Source: Candidatus Bathyarchaeota archaeon
GTDB taxonomy: Archaea > Thermoproteota > Bathyarchaeia > TCS64
Direction of reading: 5' to 3'
Length of the DNA: 64,000 nt
Assembly: GCA_963769425.1 (NCBI GenBank)
Contig: CAVYLP010000006.1
Location: 928,001 to 992,000 of the forward strand
The position numbers and the translations under genes are program-made. Below, in pieces: positions 8,618 to 16,743 of the stretch; positions within the stretch are counted from its first letter, which is position 1, and the number at the start of each line of letters is the position of its first letter. The notes beneath the pieces were generated by a model, which made no database searches, was not told the DNA's origin, and saw nothing but the letters and a program-made list of their open reading frames with translations.

Positions 8618-11110
8618 TCAGGCCCCACTAGCGCAGTAGTAGATAGCGTTGAAGAGCATCCTGAACGTGCCGCGGGCCTGGTTCCTGAAGCTAGGCGGGA
8701 ACCCGAAGAGGATCACCCTCCCCCTCCCAACTGTGTGGTCGGAGACCGCCGCGAGTCCCCTCAGCTGCTTCTCCCCGAGAATCCAGCCGCTGAGCAGCGG
8801 GTTCGCCTCCGGGTACTTCGCCACCTTATAGCCCTCCTTCACCTTGAAGGCGGGTCCTGAGATGAAGTAGACCGATGCCTCGCGTGGGTAGCCGAACGCG
8901 ACGGGGTGTGCCTCGTCGAGGGCGACCCTGAGGATGCTGCCGGGGATGTAGAACTCCTGCTCCTTCAGCCCCTCGAGCGGGTTCTCCGCGGCCACCATCA
9001 GGTCTTTGATGGCGTAGCTCGACGCCCTGTTGAGGGTGATTACGTTCCCCCCAGCGCCGAGGAAGTCGAGCACGGCCTTCGTGCCCTCCTCGCCGAGCCC
9101 GACCCTGTACATGGCCTCGTACCTGCTCGGGTTGGAGCCCTTGATCGCCTTCATCCCGTTCACGATCTGGTCCCTCGGGAGGTCTGGGAAGACCAGAACA
9201 TCGAATCTCTCCGCCAGTCCTCCCTGCCGGATATCCTGGGGGCTCAGCGACTCGAAGCCGAATCCGTACTCCTCGAGCACCATCCTGAGCCACGCCTCGT
9301 CCGGGTTGGGCAGCCACGCCCTGTAGACGCCTATCCTGGGTTTCACCACCTCGAAGGCGACGTCGGGGAGGTCTTCTACCCCGTGGAAGCTGACCCCGAG
9401 GCGTGTCGCCTCCTCCATCAACTTATCCGTGTCCTCGCCGGACTCCACGACGAAAGCCCCAGGCCTCAGCTCAACAGCCCCTGCCTCAACCCACCCCTGT
9501 GTTCTCCAGAGCTTGACCCCCTTGTGGAGGAACGTGTTAGCGACCTTCGTCGATGCGAGCAACTCCGACGGGAACATGTACCATTTGCTATTAGAGCCGT
9601 TGACGACCCCGATCGGCTTTCTGGGCTTCAGTAACTCCAGCTCACAATCGAATTTATCTTGAACTGAGACAACGTCGATCCCCATCTGTAGACCTAAGGT
9701 CTGGGCGGTGACGTCGTAGGGAACTTCAGGTGGGTCGCTAGGGTTCCTCCTCAGGTCTGGATAGACCTGCTTCTCCAGCATTGTCTTCGCGAACCGCCCA
9801 TAGGGCTGAGCGAGTGGGACGACAACACATCCCTTCCGGTACCTTATGCCGTCAGCGGTGAACGGCTCCAGCGCCTCATACAGCCTCACGTCACCCATCC
9901 TCAGGACCTCGAACAGCTCATAAGCCGCTCCCGGGTCCGCCTGCTCCTTAGGTATGATGAATGCGTAGGGACCATTCGATGGACTCAGCGCCCTCTTACC
10001 GATCTCCAGGCTGCCCCTCAGCCAGCGCTCCCTGTGCTTAGCAGCGTTACCGAGGAGCGCCATGGCTGCGGTGAACTCGTAGTCGATGATGTCTCGTAGG
10101 CTCCACCTCCCGCCGCCCCAGGGCATGGCGTGGTTCCACCTCACCTCACGCGGCTTGAAGCCCCTCTCCCCCTCGAGTTCTTCTGCCTTTACATCGACTG
10201 GGCTCGCGATGTCGGCGCTCGCGGCCTCGCTCAGGATGCGTATGCCGCCGTGATAGTGCTGGTAGGCCCTCGCGGGTGTCCATCCGTCGAACTCCCAGTG
10301 GGTGGTCACACCCGCCTTCCCCGAGGTCGTCAGGGCATCCGCCATCGTCAGTCCCATGAAGCTCGTACCGCTGACAATCACCGGGTCCACATTCGGATCA
10401 ATAGGATCGATGTAGGGGGGCACAAAGAGTCGCGGCCCCTTCTGCCCCATCTGGTGGATGTCATATACAATCTGGGGATGCCAGACGTTGTGGACCTTCT
10501 CGACGGTCAGCCTCGTCTCCTTGAGGCTGAACATGAACCAGTCCCTGTTGTTGTCGTGGCCCGCGTACCTGTGGTAGACCATGGGCGGTGCCGTGCCCTC
10601 ATACCTAGTCCCTAGGTACCGCTTGTACCACTCGCAGACCAGTCTGTTTCCATCGGGATTCAGTGAGGGAATGAGGAGGAGAACGGTGTTCTGCAGAATC
10701 TCCCTGACATCCGGGTCCTCCCCCGTTGCGAGCCGGTGGAGGAGTTCCATGCTCATCTGGCTCCCACCGACCTCCGTCGAGTGGATACTGCAAGTGATCA
10801 ACACGATCGTCTTCCCACGCCTGACGAGATCATCTGCCTCCTTCACCGTGACCCCCTCCGGGTCACAGAGTCTCCCTTGGACCTCCTGAAGCTCCTCAAG
10901 TCTCCTGAGGTTCTCCGGAGAAGACACGGTCGCGAGGATGAATGGGTTCCCTTCCGTCGTCTTCCCGAGCTCCTCAAGCCTCACCCTATCAGAGGCTTCG
11001 ACTACCTTCAAGAAGTAGGCCACGATCTCTGGCCAATCCGCGAGTCTACGATCCTCCCCGACTTTAAAGCCAAGATGCTCCTCAGGAGATGGGACGCCCT
11101 TCGTAGCCAT
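8618..11110 (-). CDS. M14-family zinc carboxypeptidase with C-terminal class I GATase-like domain
   Basis: HxxE motif (SIHSTEVGG), NPDG, DNNRDW and DIHQMG; no obvious signal peptide. Confidence 0.9.
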   Translation of the reverse strand: MATKGVPSPEEHLGFKVGEDRRLADWPEIVAYFLKVVEASDRVRLEELGKTTEGNPFILATVSSPENLRRLEELQEVQGRLCDPEGVTVKEADDLVRRGKTIVLITCSIHSTEVGGSQMSMELLHRLATGEDPDVREILQNTVLLLIPSLNPDGNRLVCEWYKRYLGTRYEGTAPPMVYHRYAGHDNNRDWFMFSLKETRLTVEKVHNVWHPQIVYDIHQMGQKGPRLFVPPYIDPIDPNVDPVIVSGTSFMGLTMADALTTSGKAGVTTHWEFDGWTPARAYQHYHGGIRILSEAASADIASPVDVKAEELEGERGFKPREVRWNHAMPWGGGRWSLRDIIDYEFTAAMALLGNAAKHRERWLRGSLEIGKRALSPSNGPYAFIIPKEQADPGAAYELFEVLRMGDVRLYEALEPFTADGIRYRKGCVVVPLAQPYGRFAKTMLEKQVYPDLRRNPSDPPEVPYDVTAQTLGLQMGIDVVSVQDKFDCELELLKPRKPIGVVNGSNSKWYMFPSELLASTKVANTFLHKGVKLWRTQGWVEAGAVELRPGAFVVESGEDTDKLMEEATRLGVSFHGVEDLPDVAFEVVKPRIGVYRAWLPNPDEAWLRMVLEEYGFGFESLSPQDIRQGGLAERFDVLVFPDLPRDQIVNGMKAIKGSNPSRYEAMYRVGLGEEGTKAVLDFLGAGGNVITLNRASSYAIKDLMVAAENPLEGLKEQEFYIPGSILRVALDEAHPVAFGYPREASVYFISGPAFKVKEGYKVAKYPEANPLLSGWILGEKQLRGLAAVSDHTVGRGRVILFGFPPSFRNQARGTFRMLFNAIYYCASGA

Positions 11111-11251
11111 GATTAAGACAAGTCAGTCCCGCGCATTAAAGCTGAGTGAAGATACATAAAAAAACTGGAAAAGAAGATCGGAAAAAGAACTCAGTGCGAA
11201 TAGTTTCATTCTAACATAATTATTGGATAGACAAACGTGAAGAAAAAACTG

Positions 11252-11267
11252 AATAGTAATTACTATT
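11252..11267. promoter_or_regulatory. Perfect 16-bp palindrome AATAGTAATTACTATT (candidate operator)
   Basis: Self-complementary; lies in the AT-rich spacer between the divergent M14 gene and the membrane operon. Confidence 0.5.
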
Positions 11268-11337
11268 GGTGATCACAAAAGGATAAGAAAATCCATTTTT
11301 CCACCACTTTTTAACTAGAAAATTTGATTTTTAACTG

Positions 11338-11355
11338 CGAAGTATTAAATATTAA
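11338..11355 (+). promoter_or_regulatory. BRE/TATA promoter of the membrane operon
   Basis: CGAAG-TATTAAATATTAA about 25 nt upstream of the structured leader. Confidence 0.55.
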
Positions 11356-11376
11356 TCTGGATTACTGCTCTATCTA

Positions 11377-11482
11377 ACCGGAGAAAGGGTTTGGTCTCTC
11401 TGATCCAAATGGGGTTACATTAAACCCATGGAAAACTCGATGCGAAAGCACGAGTGATTGAGGATGCGAACCCTCTATCGGT
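11377..11482 (+). ncRNA. Candidate structured 5' leader RNA (multi-stem junction)
   Basis: Closing stem ACCG..AGGGTT / AACCCT..CGGT encloses hairpins TTGG..CCAA, ATGGG..CCCAT and ACTCG-A-TGC-GAAA-GCA-CGAGT (GNRA loop); SD GGAGG at 11503. Confidence 0.5.
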
Positions 11483-11515
11483 AAAGAAAAATGAAATGAA
11501 ACGGAGGAAACGAGA

Positions 11516-12307
11516 ATGGGATTACTAGCAGACGGCAGAATAGATTCGCTAATCTTGTTGCTGGTCTCGTTCGCCCTGTTCTACATCTTCATGCAGCAAG
11601 CCAAGGGGGGTGCAAAGTTCAAGGTGAGAACCTTCCCCGCGGTCACCGCCATACCCGAAGCGGTTGGCAGGGCGGCGGAGATGGGCAAACCAATCTACTA
11701 CTCAACAGGGCTTGGCATGCAGACTCTGAACAACCAGCTCAACGGTCCGCAGACCCTAGCGGGAATAAGCATACTTGCCTACGTCACCAGACTGAGCGCA
11801 AGGAGCGGTGTCAAGGTAAGCTACTTCACACCCATCGCGGATTCGCTTCCCCTCGTTGAGGAGACGATGAGGACTGCATACTTGTCTGAGGGAAAACCAG
11901 ACGAATTTGACGCTACTGCACAGATCAATTTCCAACAAGACCAATCCCCATATCTAACCGCCTCATTAGGCTGGATCCAGCGCGAGAAACCTGCCTCAAG
12001 TTTCCTGATCGGAGGATACTATTACGAATCCGTTGTACTGGGGGAGGCTGGTAACACAATCGGTGCAATGCAAATCTCCGGTACAGCAAACACAAGCCAG
12101 ATACCCTTCCTTGTAGCGACCTGCGATTACACCCTCATCATGGAGGAGCTCTACGCTGCAAGCGCTGAGATATCTGGAAACACCGATGTACTAGGTAGCC
12201 TGCGCGGAGAAGACATCCTCAAATTTGTCGTGCTGGCACTGCTCGCTATAGGATTTATTATCGCCTTCACGGGAAGCGCCTTCCTGGTTAACCTTCTAAA
12301 GGTGTAA
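11516..12307 (+). CDS. DUF6754-like membrane-anchored protein
   Basis: N-terminal TM, EAVGRAAEMGKP, ESVVLGEAG, QISGTA, QIPFLVATCDYTLIMEELYAASA, GSLRGED and a C-terminal TM. Confidence 0.8.
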   Translation: MGLLADGRIDSLILLLVSFALFYIFMQQAKGGAKFKVRTFPAVTAIPEAVGRAAEMGKPIYYSTGLGMQTLNNQLNGPQTLAGISILAYVTRLSARSGVKVSYFTPIADSLPLVEETMRTAYLSEGKPDEFDATAQINFQQDQSPYLTASLGWIQREKPASSFLIGGYYYESVVLGEAGNTIGAMQISGTANTSQIPFLVATCDYTLIMEELYAASAEISGNTDVLGSLRGEDILKFVVLALLAIGFIIAFTGSAFLVNLLKV

Positions 12308-12313
12308 TGAAAT

Positions 12314-12961
12314 ATGTCTCAAATATACAAACGCGAGTTGGTCTTCGTCATCGCAGCGATATCCGCCATAATAGCGATGGTAGCGTACTACTTCACCGGC
12401 ATAGGTGCAGCAGGAACCATAGCTAACCAGCTCTACACCTGGGCCCTAATTGTCCAATTAATGGCAATAGGTCTGGGTGCAGTAAACATGGTTCAGGTCC
12501 ACTACAGAAATGTCCAAAGGAGAACCAAGGGCCTCTGGTACAACAGTGCCTGGTTCCTGGTTTTCTTTGCCATCCTGATGGTCTTCGGCCTAGTAAAGAT
12601 CGCGAGTGGTCAGGAACCCTACCTATACACATGGGTATTTACTAACGTCTACACAAGCCTGAGTTCAACCCTGTATGCTATTACTGGTTTTTACATCTTC
12701 TCAGCAGCCTACAGGGCTTTCCGTGCCAGAAACATCGATGCTACACTTCTCTTAGTCGCAGGCGTATTTGTGATGCTTGCGAACGCTCCAATTGGTGAGG
12801 TCATATGGTCGGGATTCCCCTCAATCGGGAACTGGTTAAACAATGCCGGAGAAATCCCCGCGATGAGGACCTTCCTCATCACTGGTGCTCTTGGTGTTTT
12901 AGCGTTCGGGTTTAGAGCCCTCCTAGGAAAGGAGAGAGGGTTCTACTCGGGGGTGGAGTGA
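12314..12961 (+). CDS. Polytopic membrane protein (operon subunit 2)
   Basis: About 5-6 TMs; FYIFSAAYRAFRARN and RALLGKER motifs; 6 nt after the previous stop. Confidence 0.85.
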   Translation: MSQIYKRELVFVIAAISAIIAMVAYYFTGIGAAGTIANQLYTWALIVQLMAIGLGAVNMVQVHYRNVQRRTKGLWYNSAWFLVFFAILMVFGLVKIASGQEPYLYTWVFTNVYTSLSSTLYAITGFYIFSAAYRAFRARNIDATLLLVAGVFVMLANAPIGEVIWSGFPSIGNWLNNAGEIPAMRTFLITGALGVLAFGFRALLGKERGFYSGVE

Positions 12962-12962
12962 T

Positions 12963-13799
12963 ATGAGCGACAAATCTATCTGGGACCGGATACAGAACGC
13001 CGATAGGAGGATCTTTTACTGGATCCTATTCATCGGCTTAATGATTCCCTACATCAGCCCCCTTGGTCTGCCCGTCGCCGTCACTACCTCGACCCAAGCA
13101 TACTACGATAAACTAAATTCCCTTCCAGCCGGCTCGGTCGTAGTACTTAGCATCAACTCGGGTGTAAGCGCGTGGGGAGACTGCCTGCCCGCTATGACTG
13201 CGACAGTCAAGCTCCTAGTACAAAAGAACATCAAAATCATTGTCTGGGGCATGGGTCAGGTTGACATCGATCTCACGTGGGCGAAGATAGAATCACAGGT
13301 ACCCGCCCTCGGTACATCGTACAAATACGGAACTGATTATGTCTACTTCGGCTACCTTCCCACCCAAGAGACCACTGTCTCCTTACTAAGGGATAACATC
13401 CGAGGCGTATTCAGCGAAGACAAGAACGGCACGCCAATCGGCAACATTCCCATGATGGCAAACGTCAACGGCGCCAAGGACATCGCGGCTGTATGTTCGA
13501 GTGACACCGGTGATGTACAATCCTACTATGTAAAGCTCTGGAAGAACGGCCCAACCAATACCCCCGTCGCTGAACTCGGTATAGCCATGAACAAGTCCGG
13601 TGACATGCCCTACTTCCTCTCCGGAGACGAGTTCGGTCTCGTAGCTGGCTCACGAGGCGGAGCAGAGCTCGAGAAGTTGATCGGTGCCCTTGGAGACGGA
13701 ACGACGACAATGGACGCCATCAACGTCTCACACATACTCATTGTTTTAGCAATCATACTTGCGAACGTGGGATACTTCGCAATGAGGGGGAAGAAGTAA
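12963..13799 (+). CDS. Membrane-anchored protein with soluble alpha/beta domain (operon subunit 3)
   Basis: N- and C-terminal TMs flank a soluble domain (YGTDYVYFGY, GLVAGSRGGAELEKL). Confidence 0.85.
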   Translation: MSDKSIWDRIQNADRRIFYWILFIGLMIPYISPLGLPVAVTTSTQAYYDKLNSLPAGSVVVLSINSGVSAWGDCLPAMTATVKLLVQKNIKIIVWGMGQVDIDLTWAKIESQVPALGTSYKYGTDYVYFGYLPTQETTVSLLRDNIRGVFSEDKNGTPIGNIPMMANVNGAKDIAAVCSSDTGDVQSYYVKLWKNGPTNTPVAELGIAMNKSGDMPYFLSGDEFGLVAGSRGGAELEKLIGALGDGTTTMDAINVSHILIVLAIILANVGYFAMRGKK

Positions 13800-13800
13800 A

Positions 13801-14454
13801 ATGATTGTGAATGTTGCAGCGTATCCGACTGGCATCTACGACATATTAGGCCTATGGGCGGGTTTGTTCCTAATGCTCGCCATCTACAGCTACCCACTCT
13901 TCAAGGAGAACCCGATATACAGGTTCGCAGAGCACACCTTCACCGCGTCGGCGATGGCCATTGGAATAATAGTGACCCTCACGGCCCTACAGGGCACCGC
14001 CTGGATACCACTCGTCAATGGTAACTACATGATTATCATAGGCATCATCCTGGGCCTAGTCATGTACACCCTGTTGATACCGAGCAAGAGGTACCTGAGC
14101 CGATACCCGATAGCGATACTCGTCGGCTCCACCATCGGACTAAGCCTAGCCAGCGGGATCCAGCCGAACATCCTTAACCAGATGATCTCCACGATCGCTG
14201 TGCCAGCTTCCAACTCTCAGATGATCGACTGGTTCAGTTTCATCTGGATCGCTGTAGGCACAATCTGCGCGACCACATACTTCCTACTGACATACGAGCA
14301 TAGCGGCGTGATCAAGCCGGTGACCGTCATAGGGCGCTACTTCATAATGATAGGTCTCGGCGCCTACTTCGGCAACACAGTGCTCTTTAGATTCAGCATG
14401 CTGGCGACGAGGGCTCAGTTCCTGTTACAGGTTCTGAAGATCATCCCGATGTAA
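13801..14454 (+). CDS. Polytopic membrane protein (operon subunit 4)
   Basis: About 6 TMs; YSYPLFKENPIYRFAEH and GRYFIMIGLGAYFGNTV motifs. Confidence 0.85.
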   Translation: MIVNVAAYPTGIYDILGLWAGLFLMLAIYSYPLFKENPIYRFAEHTFTASAMAIGIIVTLTALQGTAWIPLVNGNYMIIIGIILGLVMYTLLIPSKRYLSRYPIAILVGSTIGLSLASGIQPNILNQMISTIAVPASNSQMIDWFSFIWIAVGTICATTYFLLTYEHSGVIKPVTVIGRYFIMIGLGAYFGNTVLFRFSMLATRAQFLLQVLKIIPM

Positions 14455-14467
14455 GCTACCCCACGCC

Positions 14468-14488
14468 CTTTCCTTTTTATTATTTTTA
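14468..14488 (+). terminator. Oligo-T archaeal terminator
   Basis: CTTTCCTTTTTATTATTTTT just after the last gene of the operon. Confidence 0.5.
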
Positions 14489-14552
14489 TACTCCCCCAAA
14501 GGAGTAGCTATGATTAGCCCGAATGTTATAAACGACCGCAGCCGATAGTCAC

Positions 14553-15416
14553 TTGTTGAATCCATCTGAAATCCACGATCTCCTCAACGAATCCCGGTTG
14601 TTGAGAAGGGTCGCGGTTGAGAACCTAATGCTCGTAAGCCTCGGGCTCCGCCCCTGTAGCCAGACGACGATCCCCGCCGAGCTCCCCAGCGGGCCTTTGA
14701 TGGGCGAAACGATAGACGAGCGTTTCAAACCTAAGATGGAAAAACTCAGGTTGATTCGGGATCAGAAGGCGAAGATCAGGGAGATCGGGGCCATGAGGAA
14801 GGGAATGGCCTCCGCCTTCGATGAGCTCGTCGAGGACTCCATGGAGTGTAAGTTGCTATCAGATTGGGCGAAGAAGCTGAGTCTCAAGGTTGACCAGGTC
14901 GAGGTGCGCCCCACAGTCCACGAACTCTACCTCTACAGGAACCGGGAGACGTTGAGGGAGCTTCAGAGGCTCATTCAGGAGAGGGGGAAGCTCAGGGTGG
15001 AGGCCGTGAGAAAGCCGGACCCATCAAAGGGACAGCTTCAGTTCATCTACCCTGAGGAGTTCAACGGCGACTGGATAAAGAGGATGGGGCACCTCCTCGG
15101 CTACCCAGACTGCTGCGTCGAAAGGTACGCCTCGGATAGGGAGCATGGTGTGAACGCGGAGGCTAGGGCGGCGACACAACTAAAGGAACTTGACATCCCC
15201 CCCGACCAACGTGTCTACTTCGTCAGCTATTTTCTCCCATGCAGTCCCACCTGTCAGAAAGCGAGAGAGATGGGGGAACTCTACAACCAAAACCTATTGG
15301 AGGCGCTCCCTGAGGCTGGTAAGGTCTACGAGTCCATAACGGCGGAGAACATGGATCGCGTGCGAAGACAACCCGAGATAATCAACGACTACCTGAGCAA
15401 GCTGAGAGGGGTCTAG
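14553..15416 (+). CDS. DUF483-like conserved archaeal protein
   Basis: GHLLGYPDCCV and FLPCSPTC motifs; TTG start downstream of a TTATAAA box. Confidence 0.7.
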   Translation: MLNPSEIHDLLNESRLLRRVAVENLMLVSLGLRPCSQTTIPAELPSGPLMGETIDERFKPKMEKLRLIRDQKAKIREIGAMRKGMASAFDELVEDSMECKLLSDWAKKLSLKVDQVEVRPTVHELYLYRNRETLRELQRLIQERGKLRVEAVRKPDPSKGQLQFIYPEEFNGDWIKRMGHLLGYPDCCVERYASDREHGVNAEARAATQLKELDIPPDQRVYFVSYFLPCSPTCQKAREMGELYNQNLLEALPEAGKVYESITAENMDRVRRQPEIINDYLSKLRGV

Positions 15417-15766
15417 CTTTTCCTCAGCGGCATCTCGCCCTGCTTAACCGGTATCCTCTCGACCTTGAACGTGACTGGTCGCTCCGAGTCGGGGCAGCTG
15501 AAGTATTTGATTTTGTCTATGTAGTCCCATGGCTCCGTGACGTTCCTCTCCATAGCCGACGTGAGGGGGAGGATTGCGCTGAAGGCTGCGAGGCAGACGC
15601 TGTCCGTCTCCTCGAGGACGAGCCTCCCCGGGTTGCTCGTGATGGTGATCTTGTCACCGACCTTGTATACCTTACAGGGCCCCTTGACGTGCGGGGGGTT
15701 CCCGTCTAAGCTCTTCGGTTCCTGAACGTCGACGACCGTGAAGACTACCTTGTACATGGTTATCAC
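15413..15766 (-). CDS. TIGR04076-like small Cys protein
   Basis: KGPCKVYKVGDKI, CLAA and SCPD...VTFKVER pattern. Confidence 0.7.
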   Translation of the reverse strand: MITMYKVVFTVVDVQEPKSLDGNPPHVKGPCKVYKVGDKITITSNPGRLVLEETDSVCLAAFSAILPLTSAMERNVTEPWDYIDKIKYFSCPDSERPVTFKVERIPVKQGEMPLRKS

Positions 15767-15846
15767 ATCACCTCGCGGACTCGGGAGGTAAAAGAATTAG
15801 CATCCGCTCTCGTGGTTAAATAAGTATGAAAAAAGGGTGGTTTGAT

Positions 15847-16653
15847 TTACTCGATGAGGTAGACGATGCTTAGATTCACCGTCACGCTCAGGTTGCCCGA
15901 CAGCACCGGAGTGGAGGCCTTCGCCGACCCCGCCGCTGAGATGTCGTAGTTACTGTAGCTCACTGGCGGGTAGTAGACGCTCTCGTTCACGCTCTGGACC
16001 CCCGTGACGTGGATACCCAGGCCGCTGGTTATCACGTCGCTCTTCGCCTTCGCGTCGGCGATTGCGGCCGTGTATGCTTGTAGCCTCATGGCGGAGGCGG
16101 TCTCATCAGTTATTCCGAAGCCAATCGAGTCTACCCTGTTGGCACCCGCGGTGGTCGCGGCGTCGATTACTGGGCCGACCTTGGTGAGGTCCTTGATCTT
16201 TATCTGGATCATGTTGGTGACCTGATACCCAACTACTTGGCGGACATCGTAATTGTAGTTGGGGTACACTATGTACGTCGTTGTCTGCATGTCGTCGTCC
16301 GTGAAGCCGAGTTGCTTCAGGGCAGCGATAACTGCGGTCATGGTTGCAGCGTTCTCGTCGATGGCGGCGCTGGCGATCTTATCCTCGGTGTAGACGCCGA
16401 GTGAAACGGTCGCCTGGTTAGCCTTTACGTTTATGACGCCGGTGCCCGTGACGCTCAGCGTCTTGGGGTTCGTGCTGGTGTCAGTGGCGGCGACTGTGGA
16501 GCTTGGTACTCCGAGGGCTGGTGGGACTCCCGTTGGGAACCTGAACTCGGTGGCGCCAGCGACCATGCCAGGCTTGTAGGCGATCATCATCCCCGCTAGG
16601 AGGATGGATGCGCAGATCGCTAGGACGGTCGCGGCTTGACTTGTCTTATCCAT
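15847..16653 (-). CDS. SIMPL (DUF541) domain exported protein
   Basis: N-terminal TM, LSVTGTG, GYQVTN, IDAATTAGANRV and AIADAKAKS; start taken at MDKTSQ. Confidence 0.9.
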   Translation of the reverse strand: MDKTSQAATVLAICASILLAGMMIAYKPGMVAGATEFRFPTGVPPALGVPSSTVAATDTSTNPKTLSVTGTGVINVKANQATVSLGVYTEDKIASAAIDENAATMTAVIAALKQLGFTDDDMQTTTYIVYPNYNYDVRQVVGYQVTNMIQIKIKDLTKVGPVIDAATTAGANRVDSIGFGITDETASAMRLQAYTAAIADAKAKSDVITSGLGIHVTGVQSVNESVYYPPVSYSNYDISAAGSAKASTPVLSGNLSVTVNLSIVYLIE

Positions 16654-16743
16654 GTTTATTACCGGTAAGAAGGCTCTTCGCGGCTCTATTATACCCATAG
16701 ATTAGAACGATTGTACGAATGATTAGAACAGGGCTGAGGCGAG

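Noticed and set aside
11396-11463. Hammerhead ribozyme in the structured leader
   Set aside because: The topology is reminiscent, but the core is CTGATCC rather than CUGANGA and the GAAA/UH pairing does not fit.
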